NCBI GenBank assembly: GCA_965219455.1
Contig: OZ244744.1
Span: 5,184,001 to 5,248,000 of the forward strand
DNA length: 64,000 nucleotides
Source: Candidatus Latescibacterota bacterium
Lineage (GTDB): Bacteria > Latescibacterota > UBA2968 > GCA-2709665
Reading direction: 5' to 3'
This document shows, one piece after another, positions 47,501 through 57,724 of this stretch. Under the pieces are notes generated by a model that was given only the letters and a program-made list of their open reading frames with translations, was not told the DNA's origin and searched no databases. How positions within the stretch are numbered: the first letter of the stretch is position 1; every line of letters starts with the position of its first letter. A program made the position numbers and the translations under genes.

Positions 47501-50220
47501 GCAAGTCGTCGCTGGCGCTGGACACGGTATTCGCCGAGGGCCAGAGGCGATATATGGAATCGCTCTCTGCATACGCGCGACAGTTTTTGGGTCAGCTGCC
47601 CAAACCAAAGGTCGACCGCGTGATCGGGCTGTCGCCGGCGATTGCCATTGAACAGAAAGCGGCCAGCAAGAATCCACGCTCCACGGTGGGCACGGTAACG
47701 GAAGTCTATGACTACCTGAGGGCGCTGTTTGCGCTGGTGGGAGACGTCTATTGTCCGGACTGCGACGTGCAGGCGGGGGCGCTGGCGATTCAGGAAATCG
47801 TCGACCGAATCCTGAGAATGCCGTCGGGGAGACGGGTATATTTGCTGAGCCCGCAGCGGCCGGGAAAAGGGGAGGATTACAATGCGTTGATCGCCAGGGC
47901 CGCGCGGAACGGATATCTGAGGGGGCGCCTGGATGGCGAGGTGTTCGACCTGAAGACCCCGCCCGAGATCGACTATCGACAGTCGCACAGGCTGGAGATT
48001 CTGGTGGATCGCGTCACGGTCAAACCTGGCGTGCGGAAGCGCATTGCGGATTCGATCGAGAAGACACTGATGTTGTCCGGCGGGATTGCCATCGTGGCGT
48101 CGCCGGACGATGACAAGGAAACCAGATTCAGCCAGGTCCTGTCCTGCCCGAAGTGTGGGAGGAGTTTCGACGAGGTCACCCCGCAGCACCTTTCGTTCAA
48201 CAGCCATGAAGGCTGGTGTCCCTCGTGCGAGGGCCTGGGAACCCAGAAGGGGATGGGAAAGAACACGCTGATACCCGATCCTCGAAAATCCTTGTCCGAA
48301 GGGGCCGTGCCGGTCCTCGGGGCACTTAAAGACGGTCCATTGGCCGCGTTGATTCGTGCTGTAGGCGCCGCGGGGGAATTCGATCTCGAAATGCCTATCC
48401 TGAAGATGTCCCAGACGGCACAGGAAGTGCTGCTCTACGGCACCGGTGAACGATGGATTGAGGACGCGAATGGCCTGCGAATCAGATACAAGGGGTTATT
48501 TAATTCGCTTGAAGAACTTGTGAGACTTTCGCCCCGGTATCGGGAAAAGATGGGCGACTTGGTAGAAGACGTGGCTTGCCTTGTGTGTAGAGGCGCGCGC
48601 CTTAAACCGGATAGCGCTGCGGTCCGTTTGCGCGGGATGATGCTTTGCGAATTGGTTGACCTGCCCATCGGTATGTCAAGGCGTTGGTTTGAAGATCTGG
48701 TACTGACCGAGCGTGAACTGGACGCCGTCGGAGAGGTTCTTCAGGAAATACACGCCCGAATGCGTTTTTTGCACGAAGTCGGGTTGGGCTACCTGTCACT
48801 GTCGCGCAGGGCACCCACGTTGTCCGGCGGCGAGGCGCAGCGTATCCGTCTGGCCAGCCAGATCGGATCCGGTCTGACCGGTGTACTCTACGTGCTGGAC
48901 GAGCCTACCATCGGACTTCACCAGCGGGACAATCGACGGTTGCTTGCTGCGCTGGGTCAGTTGCGGGATCTTGGAAATACCCTCCTGGTGGTCGAGCACG
49001 ATCGCGAAACGCTGGAAACCGCGGATCACATTGTGGATTTCGGCCCGGGCGCAGGGTCCCTCGGAGGAACTCTGGTGGCGGAGGGGCCTCCGAATCGTCT
49101 GAGTACGGAGAACGGATCTCTAACGGCGAAGTATCTGGCCGGCAGGCTGGGCGTCGAATCACCGCCGCGGAGGTTGGCCGTGAGAGGGTGCATCGAGGTG
49201 GTGGGCGCCCGTCACAACAATCTGAAGGGTCTGAACGTGAAATTTCCGCTGGGGATGTTGATCGGCGTCACGGGCGTGTCCGGATCGGGGAAGTCTTCGC
49301 TTGTGAACGACGTCCTTTACGGGGCGTTGGCTGCGAGAGTGAACGCCGCTAGAGGGGCTGCGGCCGACCACGACGAGGTCCGCGGAATGGATGGCATCGA
49401 CAAGGTGATCAATATCGACCAGTCCCCGATCGGGTTTTCACCCCGCAGCAATCCAGCTACCTATGTGAAGGTGTTCGACAAGGTTCGCAGGCTCTATGCA
49501 CAATTGCCCGATGCGCGGATACGTGGGTTTTCACCGGGACACTTCAGCTTCAATCACCGGAAGGGCCGCTGCGAGGCCTGCAGGGGTCTGGGTTCACGGT
49601 GTATCGAGATGCATTTTCTGCCCGATGTCTGGGTAACTTGCGAGGATTGTATCGGGAAGCGGTACAACCGGGATGTGGTGAATGTCCTGTACAAGGGCCG
49701 ATCGGTTGCCGATGTGCTGGATATGACGGTAGACGAAGCACTGCGGCAGTTTGGAAACGTGCCGGGAATCCATCGATCGCTCAAGATGCTGGTTGAAGTG
49801 GGATTGGGTTATATCAAGATGGGGCAGGCGTCCACCACGTTGTCGGGCGGGGAGGCACAACGGATAAAACTCGCCCGGGAACTCGCCCGGCCCAATACGG
49901 GCAAGACCGTGTATCTGCTGGACGAGCCCACCACCGGACTGCATATTGCCGACGTGGCCAAGCTGCTCGATGTGTTGAATCGACTCGTAGACGCAGGCAA
50001 CACGGTCATTGTAATCGAGCACAACCTGGATGTCATCAAGACGGCGGACTGGATCATCGACCTTGGGCCGGAAGGTGGTGAAGCGGGCGGGTTCCTGGTT
50101 GCGGCCGGCACACCTGAGGAAGTGGCTCAGGTCGATGCGTCGTACACGGGTCGGTTTCTGCGAAAGTTGCTTGTCCTCGGGAATCCGCGTTTGCCACACT
50201 CGCCGCAGGTACCCGCCTGA
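44521..50220 (+). CDS. uvrA: double-length (tandem fused) excinuclease ABC subunit A
   Basis: About 1900 aa containing two complete UvrA units; four GVSGSGKS Walker A motifs, four LSGGEAQR signatures, zinc fingers; linker near 47330-47400. Confidence 0.95.
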   Translation: METRDIVIKGARVHNLKDVNLTLPRNQLICFTGVSGSGKSSMAFDTIFAEGQRRYIESLSAYARQFLGQIRKPDVDQITGLSPTVSIEQKAAVRNPRSTVGTMTEIHDYLRVLYARVGVPHCVSCGTPIGAQTRDGIVERIMALGAGKRIFVMAPLVRGRKGEYLDLFDDLQREGYLRVRVDGRMVQLTESQRLERHIRHDIDLVVDRLVVRADGHGRIGEAVDAALGFGKGTLIVGFEEGEDLLLSSNFSCTLCGLSATEPTPQVFSFNNPQGMCPTCKGLGSQIALDPKRSVPDDSLSVMDGAVAPLGEPRNRWKIHYYNGVLKRHGADVSTPWREISQTAREELLFGVKRRIELEWKRRDGSVYRHNDTFEGIFPPLELRYAEASSPALRRRLGPYMRTGRCPDCRGARLRAEAVAVTIEGMSLPAATAMSVADAHAFFSGLNLTATRRIIAEDALKEILGRLRFLLDVGLDYLTLDRTAPTLSGGEAQRIRLAGQIGSGLVGVTYVLDEPSIGLHQRDNNRLLDALCLLQKAGNTIIVVEHDEETIKRADWIVDFGPGPGHLGGEVVACGSWRKIARSETSRTGAFLSGRQSIAVPDRRVPAGRRLGVYGARQNNLKGIDVELPLGVFNCVTGVSGSGKSSLINDIVYLTLARELNRAESEPGDFDRIEGIDALDKVIEIDQQPIGRTPRSNPATYTAVFGPIRALFADLPESRVRGYKPGRFSFNVKGGRCDACDGNGANVVEMDFLADVWVTCAICEGRRFNRETLDVRYKGASIADVLDMEVQRACAFFEAVPQIHRILKVLGEVGMGYVKLGQPAPTLSGGEAQRVKLAKELCRKQTGATLYILDEPTTGLHFSDIQNLLTVLHRLVDLGNTVVVIEHNMDVIKTADWVIDLGPGGGESGGRVVAEGTPECVARSRRSFTARTLRSALKHGQDAVGTDGRRSRRGGDRGLIREIQVTGARENNLRNVDVRIPREKLTVVSGVSGSGKSSLALDTVFAEGQRRYMESLSAYARQFLGQLPKPKVDRVIGLSPAIAIEQKAASKNPRSTVGTVTEVYDYLRALFALVGDVYCPDCDVQAGALAIQEIVDRILRMPSGRRVYLLSPQRPGKGEDYNALIARAARNGYLRGRLDGEVFDLKTPPEIDYRQSHRLEILVDRVTVKPGVRKRIADSIEKTLMLSGGIAIVASPDDDKETRFSQVLSCPKCGRSFDEVTPQHLSFNSHEGWCPSCEGLGTQKGMGKNTLIPDPRKSLSEGAVPVLGALKDGPLAALIRAVGAAGEFDLEMPILKMSQTAQEVLLYGTGERWIEDANGLRIRYKGLFNSLEELVRLSPRYREKMGDLVEDVACLVCRGARLKPDSAAVRLRGMMLCELVDLPIGMSRRWFEDLVLTERELDAVGEVLQEIHARMRFLHEVGLGYLSLSRRAPTLSGGEAQRIRLASQIGSGLTGVLYVLDEPTIGLHQRDNRRLLAALGQLRDLGNTLLVVEHDRETLETADHIVDFGPGAGSLGGTLVAEGPPNRLSTENGSLTAKYLAGRLGVESPPRRLAVRGCIEVVGARHNNLKGLNVKFPLGMLIGVTGVSGSGKSSLVNDVLYGALAARVNAARGAAADHDEVRGMDGIDKVINIDQSPIGFSPRSNPATYVKVFDKVRRLYAQLPDARIRGFSPGHFSFNHRKGRCEACRGLGSRCIEMHFLPDVWVTCEDCIGKRYNRDVVNVLYKGRSVADVLDMTVDEALRQFGNVPGIHRSLKMLVEVGLGYIKMGQASTTLSGGEAQRIKLARELARPNTGKTVYLLDEPTTGLHIADVAKLLDVLNRLVDAGNTVIVIEHNLDVIKTADWIIDLGPEGGEAGGFLVAAGTPEEVAQVDASYTGRFLRKLLVLGNPRLPHSPQVPA

Positions 50221-50318
50221 TGCGCCTTGTCGCTCGCGTTCAAAGCGCAGGTACATCCAAACCGGGTGTAAACCGGTGCTTGCAACGGTGTTTCACGATC
50301 ACAATAAAGGGGAAAACG

Positions 50319-51380
50319 ATGGTAGTTGCGACCCGAAATTCGTCGCAGAAGTCCAGGGCCGCAGCCGATTTTGTCGGCGACGGACGCGGCGATCAGGAGG
50401 AAATCTACGCAGCGATCCGAGCGCTTCCGCCATCGGGCGGCACTGTGGTCCTGATGGAGGGCGTCTACGATATCCGCAGGATGGAGGGGACGCTTGGTGG
50501 GCTGATTATCGACCGAAGCAACGTGACGCTGGCGGGGCAGGGCGCGGCAACGCGGCTGATTCTGGCGCCCGGACAGAATACGAACGTGATTCGCATTATT
50601 GGGAACGGCGTGGGAAATATCATAATTCGAGATCTCTGGGTGGACCAGAATCGGGACCAGAATCCGTACAACGGTGCCGAGTTCCATAATATCTCCCACG
50701 GGCGGTTCGAGTACAACGGCATCAAGGCATTTTGCGCGGAACCTGGTGGGTCCTGCCCGAATCCCACACACAATATTACCATAGAGAATTGCACGGTGCT
50801 GAATGCCCAGCGACTGGGCATTATGCTGCAGGGGCCCAACATGAGGGTTATTAACAACCGCCTGGGCAATGCGAATTCAGACGCGGTAGAACTTCTGGGC
50901 GGACCGGGCTTCGTCACGGGCAATTTTGTGGAGATTACAGGTCGAACACACGTCGCCGTGGGATCCGATGCCGGAGACTCGATTATTATGGCGAATAACC
51001 AGGTATTTGTACGGGAGGGGGGAGATCTGGACATTGCCTTCCGGTCATGGGCCGAATCCGAGCGCCATGTAATTTCGGGAAATATACTGATGGTCGATGA
51101 GGGAGGGAGTCTGGGCCTGGCGATGGATGTGCGCGGCTTCAATACGTCCATTTCGGGAAACGTAATCCGGGGGCCGAACCAAACGGAGCGATTGCCTCTC
51201 TGGCTCACCGGCGCGGGCATGGCGATTACCGGAAATCACTTCCGGAATGTCGACCTGATCGTCAACGACCAGACCGGCACGAACCGGCCGATTCGCGTTC
51301 AAGGAAACGCAATGGAGAACTCGGCGGTCGTGCGCAAAGCCGGCAACCTGGTTCAGCCGACCGGAGATATGGATCGATGA
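50319..51380 (+). CDS. right-handed parallel beta-helix protein (pectin lyase/tailspike-like)
   Basis: AADFVGDGRGDQEEIYAAIRALPPSGGTVVLMEGVY cap motif and repeated I(S/T)GN / NN strands; alternative start at 50220 overlaps the uvrA stop. Confidence 0.75.
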   Translation: MVVATRNSSQKSRAAADFVGDGRGDQEEIYAAIRALPPSGGTVVLMEGVYDIRRMEGTLGGLIIDRSNVTLAGQGAATRLILAPGQNTNVIRIIGNGVGNIIIRDLWVDQNRDQNPYNGAEFHNISHGRFEYNGIKAFCAEPGGSCPNPTHNITIENCTVLNAQRLGIMLQGPNMRVINNRLGNANSDAVELLGGPGFVTGNFVEITGRTHVAVGSDAGDSIIMANNQVFVREGGDLDIAFRSWAESERHVISGNILMVDEGGSLGLAMDVRGFNTSISGNVIRGPNQTERLPLWLTGAGMAITGNHFRNVDLIVNDQTGTNRPIRVQGNAMENSAVVRKAGNLVQPTGDMDR

Positions 51381-52021
51381 ATCTGGAGATCCCAAAACGC
51401 GTTTTCTTCAGCTTCGCCTGGAAGTGCCCATACCGTAAAGAACCGCCGACCCTGGATGGAGACCTGCATGATTGGGACCGGTCGTTCCGGTTACCGGACC
51501 TTATGGCTCTGGACGGACGAGAGGGGTTTGCCGATGTATACGCTGCCTGGAACGAGCGCGGTCTTTATTTCGCCGCAAATGTAAAAAAGGCGGCTGGCGT
51601 GAAAGTGGACGGCCGGCGTCCGTTACAGGGTGATGGCTTACAGGTCTGGGTGGATACACGGGATGTTCGGAACGCACACCGGGCGAGCCGGTACTGCCAC
51701 CACTTCTATTTCTTACCCGGCGCAGGAAGCTGCAAACCAGGCGGGGGACAGGTACGAATCCGGAGGGCTCGCGGGCACTCGAAGCTGTGCGAACCTTCGG
51801 GGCTGCGGGTTGCCAGCGACGAATCCGGAGCCGGATATCGGATGGAGGTTCATTTGCCCGCGGAATCGTTGACCGGGTTCGATCCGGAAGAAAACCGTCT
51901 GTTGGGATTTACCTATCTCCTGCAGGATCAGAAACAGGGACGACAGTTCTGGACTGCGGATGAGCCACTCCCGGTTTCGTACGATCCGAGCCTGTGGGGC
52001 ACAATCGAACTTGTGAAATGA
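51377..52021 (+). CDS. CBM9/DOMON-like domain protein without signal peptide
   Basis: PTLDGDLHDW, VYAAWNERGLYFA, GDGLQVWVD, YRMEVHLP, DPSLWGTIEL; ATGA overlap with the upstream gene. Confidence 0.7.
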   Translation: MNLEIPKRVFFSFAWKCPYRKEPPTLDGDLHDWDRSFRLPDLMALDGREGFADVYAAWNERGLYFAANVKKAAGVKVDGRRPLQGDGLQVWVDTRDVRNAHRASRYCHHFYFLPGAGSCKPGGGQVRIRRARGHSKLCEPSGLRVASDESGAGYRMEVHLPAESLTGFDPEENRLLGFTYLLQDQKQGRQFWTADEPLPVSYDPSLWGTIELVK

Positions 52022-52214
52022 ACCGGACGGCAGTAAGCCGGACGTTTGGCATCATCTTCGAAGGGTCACCATTCGCACGACGAGTGGCGATTTTTGTACA
52101 GGGCGTTTGAGATTGTTTGAGACACATTGCTTTGGACTTCCATCGTATCGGTTGGCGTGCTGAACGGTGATTATTTGCCGTGTGACGACGGGAGTTCAAG
52201 TAGAATCGAGTATT

Positions 52215-54443
52215 ATGGACACATTGATTGAAACACTGGACGACGGTATCGCGTACCGTGTCCGCACCTTGCTGTCAGACGGCGAGACCCCGCTGATGCG
52301 GGTGTGTTCGGACCTTGGCGCCGATGGGAAATATGGCGCTCAGTGGGTGGTCGTAACCGGGGAGCGGATCCTTGTGTTGCAGGAGGAAGGCACACGAGAC
52401 ACGGTCGACATTCCGGTTGAAGATGTGAGGGTTGCCCGCACGGAAAACGTGGTCGGCGGCGCACGGCTGGAGATCGAACGCGAGGCCCGACCAACTGTGT
52501 GTGTCCCCTATTCCCAAACGCAGGCGCAGAAATTCTCGGAGGTAGCCCGCGGCATAGAGCAACTCCGCACCGGGCAGCCGTTTATGGTTCGTATGGCTCT
52601 GGACCGGATCCGGTGCGAGACGTGCGGCCGCCTTCTTCCTGAGAAGAACGGGATCTGTCCTGCCTGCCTGAATCGAATGGATACACTGGCGCGAATCGCC
52701 AGGTATCTGTTGCCTTACAAGGGCCGCGCGGCCCTGCTCGCGCTCGCATCGGTTATGACAACCGCGGCAGAACTGATTCCGCCTCAGATTACCCGCGTGA
52801 TCGTGGATGACGTGCTGGTGCCCGAAGAGCCATCGCCTGCTGGAGACCGGCTGGACCTGTTGGCGCTGCTGGTACTCGCCCTGGTGGTCGTGCGGATAAT
52901 CGCCTGGGGTGCGGAATGGCTGCACGGGTGGACGGTGACATGGTTGAGCGCGAGAGTGACGGCTGATATTCGAAGCCAGCTATACCTGTCCCTGGAATTG
53001 CTGACGCTTCAGTTCTATGATAAACGCCAGGTCGGAGCGCTCATGTCTCGTGTGACCCGGGACAGCGGACGTCTGCAGGATTTTCTGGTGGACGGGTTGC
53101 CGTATCTCGTCATCAACAGCCTGATGCTTCTGGGTATCGTGGTGGCGTTGCTGTTAATGAACTGGAGGTTGACGCTGTATGTGCTCATTCCCGTGCCGCT
53201 GGTCGTGATGGGAGCCGTTGTCTGCTGGAGGCAAATGCGCAGGTTTTTTGGCAAGTGGTCCAAAAGCTGGTCGGAATTGATGGCTCGCGTCAACGAAACC
53301 TTGTCCGGCATTCGGGTGGTGAAGGCCTTCGCACAGGAGAAGCGCGAGATTCGTGTGTTTGAGAGGCACAACCGGGAACTCACCGGAAGGGCGGTGCGGG
53401 CGGAAACAAGCTGGGCGGTTTTTTTTGCCACAACGAATTTCCTGACTGGTTTCGGCGTATTGATTGTCTGGTTTTTTGGCGGTCAGCAGGTGCTGGGTGG
53501 TGAGCTGTCACTCGGCTCGCTGATGGCGTTTTATAGCTATATGTGGCTGCTTTACGGTCCATTGCAGTGGTTTGGAATGGTCAATAACTGGATGACACGC
53601 GCCTTCGTGGGGGCCGAGCGCATCTTCGAGGTCATCGATACGCCGCCGGAAGCTTACGAGGATCCCGATGCGGCCCCCATACCAGAGATGGAAGGCCGGG
53701 TGCGGTTCAGAGACGTGACATTTGGCTATGACAAATCCAAACCCGTACTTCTCGACATCGAACTGGACGTCAAACCGGGCGAGATGATCGGGCTTGTGGG
53801 CAAGTCGGGTGTGGGCAAGACCACCGCGGTGAACCTGATTTGCAGGTTTTACGACGTCGATCGAGGAGCCATCGAGATCGACGGGGTGGATATCCGGAAA
53901 CTTAGGCTGGAGGATCTGCGGGCCCAGATCGGCATTGTCCTGCAGGAGCCCTTTCTGTTCAGCGGAACCATTGCGGAGAATATCGGTTACGGCAAGCCCG
54001 GCGCGAGTCTCGACGAGATCATGGAGGCGGGGAAGGCGGCCAACGCCCATCGTTTTATCGTGTCCAAGCCGGATGGATACGATACTGACGTGGGAGAGCG
54101 AGGCGGGAATCTTTCAGGAGGAGAGAAACAGCGGGTGTCCATTGCCCGAGCGATCCTGAACGATCCCAGAATCCTGATTCTGGATGAAGCGACCTCCAGC
54201 GTGGACGTTCAGACAGAGGTCCAGATTCAGGAAGCCGTATCCCGCCTGGTGCAGGGCCGGACGACGTTTGCGATTGCGCACCGGCTGTCCACGCTTCGGA
54301 ATGCAGATCGGCTGGTGGTGTTGGATGATGGGCGGATTGTGGAAGTCGGCACGCATCGGGAACTGGTCTCGAGGCACGGTGCGTTTTATAAACTGGTGCG
54401 GTTGCAGCAGGAGGTGTCTGAAATCATGGCGGTGAACGAGTAG
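52215..54443 (+). CDS. ABC exporter with N-terminal soluble domain and zinc ribbon (paralog 2)
   Basis: CETC...CPAC; GKSGVGKT, LSGGEKQR, ILDEAT, IAHRLST. Confidence 0.93.
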   Translation: MDTLIETLDDGIAYRVRTLLSDGETPLMRVCSDLGADGKYGAQWVVVTGERILVLQEEGTRDTVDIPVEDVRVARTENVVGGARLEIEREARPTVCVPYSQTQAQKFSEVARGIEQLRTGQPFMVRMALDRIRCETCGRLLPEKNGICPACLNRMDTLARIARYLLPYKGRAALLALASVMTTAAELIPPQITRVIVDDVLVPEEPSPAGDRLDLLALLVLALVVVRIIAWGAEWLHGWTVTWLSARVTADIRSQLYLSLELLTLQFYDKRQVGALMSRVTRDSGRLQDFLVDGLPYLVINSLMLLGIVVALLLMNWRLTLYVLIPVPLVVMGAVVCWRQMRRFFGKWSKSWSELMARVNETLSGIRVVKAFAQEKREIRVFERHNRELTGRAVRAETSWAVFFATTNFLTGFGVLIVWFFGGQQVLGGELSLGSLMAFYSYMWLLYGPLQWFGMVNNWMTRAFVGAERIFEVIDTPPEAYEDPDAAPIPEMEGRVRFRDVTFGYDKSKPVLLDIELDVKPGEMIGLVGKSGVGKTTAVNLICRFYDVDRGAIEIDGVDIRKLRLEDLRAQIGIVLQEPFLFSGTIAENIGYGKPGASLDEIMEAGKAANAHRFIVSKPDGYDTDVGERGGNLSGGEKQRVSIARAILNDPRILILDEATSSVDVQTEVQIQEAVSRLVQGRTTFAIAHRLSTLRNADRLVVLDDGRIVEVGTHRELVSRHGAFYKLVRLQQEVSEIMAVNE

Positions 54444-54542
54444 TCGGGAGCGCGGCGTCGGATCAAGATCGTTTTTTCAGGCGTTTTCACCGACTGAATG
54501 AATGCGTGCCCTGGGTGTGCCTTGATTGTATCGGAGTGCAGG

Positions 54543-56777
54543 ATGGAAGCGTTCAATGAAGCCTTGCCGGAAGCCGTAACTGAAAAGCTTGGCAGAGAAG
54601 GCCTGAGGGATGAGCCTGCACTGATACAGGTATCGTCAGATCTGTCATCGAACTGGCAATACGGCCGGCAGTGGGTGGTGGTGACGGAGAAACGATTGCT
54701 GGTGATTCCTGGCGATGGCGAGGACGGGATGGTGGTGGTGCCGATGGCGGAGGTGGCGGGCGTGAGGACCGAAGAGTTGGTGGGCGGTGGTTGCCTGGCG
54801 GTGGACCGGCGGGGAGAAGGGCCGCTCTGTGTGCCGTATTCCCAGTCATTAATAGCGAAGTTCGCCGAGGTGGCCGAAGGCATTCGCCAGCTATCAGAAA
54901 GCGAAGGACTGTCTTTACCGGAACTGGGCGAACGGGTACGATGTGACAGGTGTGGACGCCTATTGCCGGAGAGGAACGGAATCTGCGCGGCCTGCATTAG
55001 GAAATGGCATACGTTTCTTCGTCTTCTGCGATATCTGACGCCACAGAGATGGCGGCTTGTCTCGGTGATTCTGGTAACGCTGGCGACGATTGCATTGGAA
55101 CTTTCGCCACCCAAGATCACGCAGCACATCATCGACGATGTGCTAACGCCCCGTGATAATTTCAGCCTGCTGGTCTGGCTGGTGCTCGGGCTGCTGGCGG
55201 TACGCTTGCTGTTGTGGGCGGCTTCGGTGAGTACGGAATGGTTAGCCCAGAGGCTGGGGCACGAGGGTGTGCAGGAAATTCGGTCGGATCTTTACAGGAA
55301 GCTTCAGTTTTTGCCGTTGCGGTTTTACGATCGTCGAACGATCGGCAGTCTCATCTCCAGGATGTCGAATGATTCGGACAGGCTGGAGGGTTTTCTGGCG
55401 TCCGATCTTCCTTTTTTCCTGTCGAAGCTACTGCTGTTTATCGGGATTCTGGGCCTTCTGCTGGTAACAAACTGGAAATTGACGCTATTTGTCCTGTTGC
55501 CTATTGCCCCGATTGTCCTTGTCGGTAGTCGCATATGGAAGCGCATGATGCGTCACTGGACCCGGTGGGGCGCCAGGTGGTCCCGGCTTTCCTCGCACTT
55601 GAGCGAGTCTATTAACGGCATCCGGGTGGTGAAGGCCTTTGCGCAGGAGTCCCGGGAAAGCGAGCGATTCAATGTAAGGAATGAGGACCTGCGCGCAGTA
55701 AGTGTAGCTGCTGAGCGGAGTTGGTTTGTGTTTTTTACGGTGACGAATTTTCTCATGAGCTGGGGAGTATTCCTGGTCTGGTATATTGGCGGTCGTCAGA
55801 TTCTGGGTGGTGAGATGACGCTGGGCGCATTGGTAGCCTTCATCAGCTATCTCTGGATGTTGTATCACCCTTTACGCTGGTTTGGCGAAATCTACAATAT
55901 TTTGTTGCGTGCGTTTGCCGGTGCCGAGCGGATTTTTGAGGTTGTGGATTCAAGGTCGGAATCGTGCGCGGCGAGTGATTCGGTACGGTTGCAGCGGTTG
56001 GAGGGTCGGATAATATTTCAGAATGTGGTTTTCGGGTACGACCGGGGAAAGCCGGTGCTGAAGGGCATTGACCTCGACGTGAAAGCGGGGGAGATGATCG
56101 GTCTTGTGGGTAAGTCTGGCGTCGGCAAATCCACCTTGATCAACCTGATTTGCCGGTTCTACGAGCCGGATCGAGGTCGCATTGAAGTCGACGGATTGGA
56201 AATGCGGGAAATAGGCCTGCAAGACCTGAGGTCCCAGATAGGCATGGTTCAGCAGGAGCCTTTCCTCTTCGACGCGACGATTGCTGAGAACATCGCCTAT
56301 GGGAAACCCGATGCGATGTTCAGTGAGGTGGTACGGGCGGCCATTGCGGCCGAGGCGCACGAGTTCATTGTACAAAAGCCGGATGGGTACGATATGAAGG
56401 TGGGAGAGAATGGCGGGAATCTGTCGGGCGGTGAAAAACAGCGAATTTCAATCGCGCGCGCTATTCTGTACGATCCGCGGATTTTGATTCTGGACGAGGC
56501 GACCTCTTCGCTCGACACCCAGACGGAGCGGAAGATACAGAAGGCAATTTCGCGGCTTGTGGAGGGCCGAACGACCTTTGCGATTGCACACAGGCTCTCC
56601 ACGTTACGCAGCGCAGACCGGCTCGTGGTGCTGGACGAAGGCAAAGTGGCGGAAGTGGGCACCCACGCCGAATTGATGGCGCGTCAGGGCATTTTCCATC
56701 AACTGGTGAAACGCCAGCAGGAGACGACGGCGGTGATGGCGATAGGCGGGGGTAAGGACGATCCGGGAAAGGATTGA
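54543..56777 (+). CDS. ABC exporter with N-terminal soluble domain and zinc ribbon (paralog 3)
   Basis: CDRC...CAAC; GKSGVGKS, LSGGEKQR, ILDEAT, IAHRLST. Confidence 0.93.
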   Translation: MEAFNEALPEAVTEKLGREGLRDEPALIQVSSDLSSNWQYGRQWVVVTEKRLLVIPGDGEDGMVVVPMAEVAGVRTEELVGGGCLAVDRRGEGPLCVPYSQSLIAKFAEVAEGIRQLSESEGLSLPELGERVRCDRCGRLLPERNGICAACIRKWHTFLRLLRYLTPQRWRLVSVILVTLATIALELSPPKITQHIIDDVLTPRDNFSLLVWLVLGLLAVRLLLWAASVSTEWLAQRLGHEGVQEIRSDLYRKLQFLPLRFYDRRTIGSLISRMSNDSDRLEGFLASDLPFFLSKLLLFIGILGLLLVTNWKLTLFVLLPIAPIVLVGSRIWKRMMRHWTRWGARWSRLSSHLSESINGIRVVKAFAQESRESERFNVRNEDLRAVSVAAERSWFVFFTVTNFLMSWGVFLVWYIGGRQILGGEMTLGALVAFISYLWMLYHPLRWFGEIYNILLRAFAGAERIFEVVDSRSESCAASDSVRLQRLEGRIIFQNVVFGYDRGKPVLKGIDLDVKAGEMIGLVGKSGVGKSTLINLICRFYEPDRGRIEVDGLEMREIGLQDLRSQIGMVQQEPFLFDATIAENIAYGKPDAMFSEVVRAAIAAEAHEFIVQKPDGYDMKVGENGGNLSGGEKQRISIARAILYDPRILILDEATSSLDTQTERKIQKAISRLVEGRTTFAIAHRLSTLRSADRLVVLDEGKVAEVGTHAELMARQGIFHQLVKRQQETTAVMAIGGGKDDPGKD

Positions 56778-56780
56778 GCA

Positions 56781-57329
56781 TTGCACAAGAACATGGATCC
56801 GGAAGGGAAGGGCGAGTGGAAACCCACGCCAATTGAAGTACCGCATCCGGCCAGCGTGGATTCCGAGAAGATCCGGCTGTTCCGCGAACCTGCATGGCGA
56901 TTGCGGATGACCATTGAGGGCGACCGCTCGTATCTCTATGTAAAAATTGTGCTTGCGGCACCTCTGTCCGAACCGGATCGGTACATGTGTTTTTTGGATG
57001 CGAAGGACGAGGTCATCTGCATGGTGGATGACATCCATGCTTTGACTGAGGAGAACCAGGCCATTGTCCGCGAGGAACTGGCGCGTCGTTACCTGACTTC
57101 CGGAATTGAGCAGGTCCATTCAATTCGTCAGGAATACGGGGTCTCCTACTGGGATGTGAGTACCGACCGGGGCCGGAGGGAATTCGTCGCCAAAAATGTG
57201 GCCGAAGACGCCCGGTGGCTGGGTGACAGGCGTCTGATGATTCTGGATGTGGACGGCAATCGGTTCGAGGTGGCGGACTTTTGCGCAATGGACAAGAAAA
57301 GTGTGGGGTTGATTGAACTGGTCATGTAA
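56781..57329 (+). CDS. DUF1854-like protein (copy 2)
   Basis: AAPLSEPDRY...EELARRY...WDVSTDRGRREF...DAR...ILDVDGNRFEV...MDKKS; visibly paralogous to 24785-25291. Confidence 0.85.
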   Translation: MHKNMDPEGKGEWKPTPIEVPHPASVDSEKIRLFREPAWRLRMTIEGDRSYLYVKIVLAAPLSEPDRYMCFLDAKDEVICMVDDIHALTEENQAIVREELARRYLTSGIEQVHSIRQEYGVSYWDVSTDRGRREFVAKNVAEDARWLGDRRLMILDVDGNRFEVADFCAMDKKSVGLIELVM

Positions 57330-57353
57330 CCAGGTACGCGGGCGGTTTCCAAT

Positions 57354-57692
57354 TTGGCCTTCGGAGCCACTCCTGTCGGACAAAATGCATTAATCTTATC
57401 ACAGAATCAGATTTCGGATCTGGCGGTACGTCGGTCGGTGTGCGGAGAGAATCTGATGGTTACCCGGTACGAGGTCAAAGCAGGGTCGGAGTTCGGCCCG
57501 CACCGGCATTCGGAAGAACAAATGGGATACGTTATTCGGGGGTGTATTGAATTCTTCGTCGGGGAACCGGAAAGGCGATTCTTGTTCGAGACGGGTACGT
57601 TCTTCCGTTTCGCGCCGAATGAGCGGCACCGATCCAGGGTGTTGGAAGACAGTCTTGTGATCGACGTCTTTGCGCCTCCCCGTCAAGAATAG
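57354..57692 (+). CDS. cupin domain protein
   Basis: GENLMV...PHRHSEEQMGYV..G...PNERH...IDVFAPPR; start uncertain. Confidence 0.75.
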   Translation: MAFGATPVGQNALILSQNQISDLAVRRSVCGENLMVTRYEVKAGSEFGPHRHSEEQMGYVIRGCIEFFVGEPERRFLFETGTFFRFAPNERHRSRVLEDSLVIDVFAPPRQE

Positions 57693-57724
57693 GTACCTGA
57701 AGCGATGAAGGCAACGTAGAACGG

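Noticed and set aside
45685-48207. 471-aa and 367-aa minus-strand ORFs
   Set aside because: Antisense shadows of uvrA.
50319-51380. Prophage remnant suggested by the tailspike-like beta-helix
   Set aside because: No integrase, structural or other phage genes nearby and no obvious compositional shift.
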